Source: Camelus dromedarius
Lineage: Eukaryota
Direction of reading: 5' to 3'
DNA length: 64,000 bases
Assembly: GCF_036321535.1 (NCBI RefSeq)
Contig: NC_087444.1
Span: forward strand, 36,828,001 to 36,892,000
The notes under the pieces were generated by a model. That model saw only the letters and a list, made by a program, of their open reading frames with translations, was not told the origin of the DNA and did not search any database. Both the position numbers and the translations under genes were made by a program. Shown one piece after another: positions 61,063-64,000 of the stretch (position 1 is the first letter of the stretch; each line of letters starts with the position of its first letter).

Positions 61063-61759
61063 AATGGAGGTCAGCATCTCTCTGACTTTCTCTCTAGAAT
61101 TTTAATGCACCGGTAAAGTAGCTCAAGCGCAGCAAATTTATCACATAGAACTGCAATCTTTCCTGTGAGTTATCCACTACTCTTACAGAACAAGTGGTTG
61201 TTCTGACAAGTGGCCAGCATTCTGAGTCCCCTATCTGAAGTTTCTAGAAACTGAACGTGATGTCTGAAAATCCTCTTATGTGAAGAAAAGGGGGAAAAAA
61301 CTCTAAGGATATGAGTCAGTTCTCTCTCTCCCAGACAGAGCCAGTAGCCTGTTGCTCTAGGAACAGCCCCTGATTTAGGGCCCTCTGCTCCATCAGAAGG
61401 GAGGAAAGACAATCCCAGAGACATCTAACTTTCCTCATTGGAATCAAAACATAACCTTCAAGAACAGGGTCCTAAATGTTTTCATTCTAGGGTCCTTTTT
61501 TTCTTTGTCCATTTCAAGTCTTTCCTTAGAATTTTTGGATTAGGACTAGGACTAGGGAGTCATCCTTGCAGAACCTCCAAGTTGTCCCTGCAAATTTTGT
61601 GATCCTGATTTGTGCAGACTGAATTTTCTCTATTTTGGTTCATAAATATCTAGGTGTTCATGGTGATGGTGATCTTTATGGCAAAGAGCTGTTCTAGTCT
61701 TGCTGCCCCATCTTTTTCTAGTAAAGGAAGAGTAGGAAAGGAAGATGAAAGCAGCATAC

Positions 61760-61905
61760 CATGTCATTAGGAACCAGCTGCCCAGCCTCCTTCAGTTCCA
61801 TCTCCCTCCTGCGGAAGGCTTTTGATGTGTCTTCAGATTGTGAGCGACACCACTGCTGAGAAGGAGCAGGGACTACCAAAGTCAGAAGCAGATCTCGGGC
61901 AGGAC
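61760..61905 (-). CDS. LRRC36: LRRC36 coding exon
   Basis: cag|GTCCTGCC...GACATG|gtatg; 146 nt; GPARDLLLTLVVPAPSQQWCRSQSEDTSKAFRRREMELKEAGQLVPNDM. Confidence 0.9.
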
Positions 61906-62860
61906 CTGCCAAAAATTCAGGTTGGGCACACGGGCCAATCTTAAAAGCCAAAGCACAGAATTCCTAGTTGATAACTACGAGCTCTGTAGGACAAAAAGGG
62001 TTAATCTAATATCCCCTTTTTACAAGAATTGATTAAATGGCTGCAAGAGGCTTTTCATGATGGAGATAAAAAATTATGTCCCACATCTATGGAGAAACAA
62101 CAGCAGACCCTCATGAATGCATACTCTATGCTATTCTCTGATCACTGATGAGTGGCTCCTGGGGATAACTTCCTACAAAACAAGAGCAAAGGATCAATGT
62201 GGGAAGGAAATTAACTGGGCTAATACTTCTCCTGCATGTCCCTTTAGAAATTAAAAAAAAAAAAAAAAAGTTAAGCCCAAACAACTTTAGTTTCCAGTTT
62301 TTACTTAAACGTTACCACCACCACAAGCTCCTTGAATTCTTCTTTCATTACACAACAAATAAACACATGGGGGAAATATTTGCAAAACTGTTTTCCCCCA
62401 AGTTCCTAAAAAAGAAGTGCTAAAAAGAGTCCAGGTCATTTAGTTATTTGAGTTTTTCAAATCATAATGTTTCAACGGGCTTCTCAGAACTCTGATGATC
62501 AAACCCAATTTCTGTTGCATTTACTATTGGCACTTTCCTAAGAATCATAAAATCCTTTTGTATTCATTAACACGACCATGCTTTATTTGACATCTCATCA
62601 CTCTATATATTACTCAAAGACTACCAAAAAACAAGTCACAGGAGGGACAAGACAATTGGTACATGAGAGAAGAGTGCTGATAAAAACAAACAGGGAAGAA
62701 AATTATGAGAAAAATGCAGACTTGTGTTGCTGAGAAATATTGGTAAGTGATCATGAGAACAATTTCCCCTGCAAGTTAAGGAGGCTGAGTGAGCTTTTTA
62801 TTGGAACACAGAGCAAAAGCAAGATCCAAGCCCTTCTCCAGGAACTGAGCATGCACTCAC

Positions 62861-63026
62861 CAAGAAACTTCTTGTTGAGAAGTAGGGACCCGGAGCCATT
62901 CCAGTGCTTATCCACAAGCTCCAGGAGCTGTCTGAGGACAGTAGCCACATGGGAGGTTCTGGCAGAGACTGGGGGGCTGTGGTTTCCAGGCAAATCATGC
63001 AAACTGCCCAGGTCACTAGAGAGAGG
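62861..63026 (-). CDS. LRRC36: LRRC36 coding exon (earlier exons lie beyond the window)
   Basis: ttcttgag|CCTCTC...CTTG|gtgag; 166 nt; PLSSDLGSLHDLPGNHSPPVSARTSHVATVLRQLLELVDKHWNGSGSLLLNKKFL. Confidence 0.88.
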
Positions 63027-63456
63027 CTCAAGAAAAAAAAGAAAAAACAACAACAACCATTTGTCATTCTTACACAATAAGGGAAGTAAGAGTCCAAACA
63101 TTTAAAATTAAAGTGTTAACATTAAGAAAAAGAGAGAGTTGGTTTCATCTTTTAGTTTGGATTTGAATAGAATATTATTTATGTCCAAGGCAAATACAAT
63201 AATATAAGGATAATTTCCAAGGTAATAGTATCCTCTATCATAATTTTCTGTAGATTTTCAGAAGAAAACAAAAAATGTTTTAACACCTATGTCTATGGCT
63301 CGAGGTATTATGTTACATAATATGGAAGGTTAAACTACAGAACGTTTTTTAAAGTATTATATATCATACATAAAATCGGGAGTAACTTAAAAGTTATACA
63401 CTCATAAACTTATATTTATTGTATTAATAGATAATAAAAATGTCCTATAACATTTT

Positions 63457-63603
63457 NNNNNNNNNNNNNNNNNNNNNNNNNNNNNNNNNNNNNNNNNNNN
63501 NNNNNNNNNNNNNNNNNNNNNNNNNNNNNNNNNNNNNNNNNNNNNNNNNNNNNNNNNNNNNNNNNNNNNNNNNNNNNNNNNNNNNNNNNNNNNNNNNNNN
63601 NNN
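63457..63603. other. Assembly gap (147 N) inside a SINE tail in an LRRC36 intron
   Basis: Run of n characters. Confidence 1.
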
Positions 63604-63716
63604 GGGGAGAAATAATTAGGTTTTTATTTATTTATTTTTATGGAGGTACTGGGGATTGAACCCAGGACCTTGTGCATGCTAAGCATGTGCTCTCCCATTT
63701 AGCTGTACCTTCCCCA
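63457..63716 (-). mobile_element. Second Vic-1-like SINE, tail running into the assembly gap
   Basis: ggaggtactggggattgaacccaggacc...gcatgctaagcatgtgctc is the reverse complement of the same SINE; TSD aatgtcctataacatttt at 63439-63456 and 63719-63736. Confidence 0.85.
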
Positions 63717-64000
63717 TGAATGTCCTATAACATTTTTAATGTTATGTGAAATATGATTTTTGGACCCAGTACTAAAGATACTTTTTATTCAGTAAGAATA
63801 TTATGTATATAGATGTATAGGTAGAGCTGTCCAGTAAAATTCCCAATTGTTTTTTATTCATTCAGACATGACTAAATATATAGTCATATACCTCATATCT
63901 ATCTACCAATCTTTTCTGTAGGGTCTCAAGGGACTTCAATAAAGCTGATATATATCAAAAACAACCAATTTATTTTCTCAGTCTTTGGCTCTTTTGATAT

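Noticed and set aside
1-64000. Prokaryote-type systems (CRISPR arrays, operons, intact transposase/RT genes) or a new protein-coding gene
   Set aside because: Spliced mammalian locus; no regularly spaced repeat-spacer array and no long RT/integrase ORF. All well-supported coding sequence belongs to the five known genes.

Overview
Mammalian genomic DNA containing the conserved ATP6V0D1 - HSD11B2 - ZDHHC1 - TPPP3 - LRRC36 block (syntenic to human 16q22.1). Two tRNA-Ala(AGC)-derived SINEs of the camelid Vic-1 type point to a camelid (camel/alpaca/llama); this species call is an inference. Contents: the last 6 coding exons of ATP6V0D1 (+, stop at 9120); complete HSD11B2 (-, 5 exons, 404 aa); complete ZDHHC1 (+, non-coding exon 1 plus 11 coding exons, 488 aa from MYK or 485 aa from MNIC); complete TPPP3 (+, 176 aa); and the last 5 coding exons of LRRC36 (-). 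Exons were placed by hand from GT-AG boundaries and reading-frame continuity. Repeats include MIR, L2, L1M, MER5, MLT1 and two solo ERV LTRs. There are two assembly gaps. I found no new gene system, and most ORF-track entries are chance ORFs. The most interesting observations: (1) Lys at HSD11B2 position 115, the normally acidic NAD+-specificity residue, plus His-His at 335-336 in the RRRYY cluster; (2) a U12-type minor intron in ZDHHC1; (3) an L2-derived ZDHHC1 start-codon exon carrying an overlapping uORF; (4) an open alternative-frame ZDHHC1 C-terminus; (5) four RFX X-boxes across ZDHHC1/TPPP3; (6) tiny TSD-flanked 5S rRNA and U6 retrocopies and a polyadenylated LTR-R retroposon; (7) a SINE inserted between the branch point and acceptor of an LRRC36 exon, next to a sense LTR promoter. 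Comparisons with human, cattle and mouse orthologues are from memory and need database confirmation.
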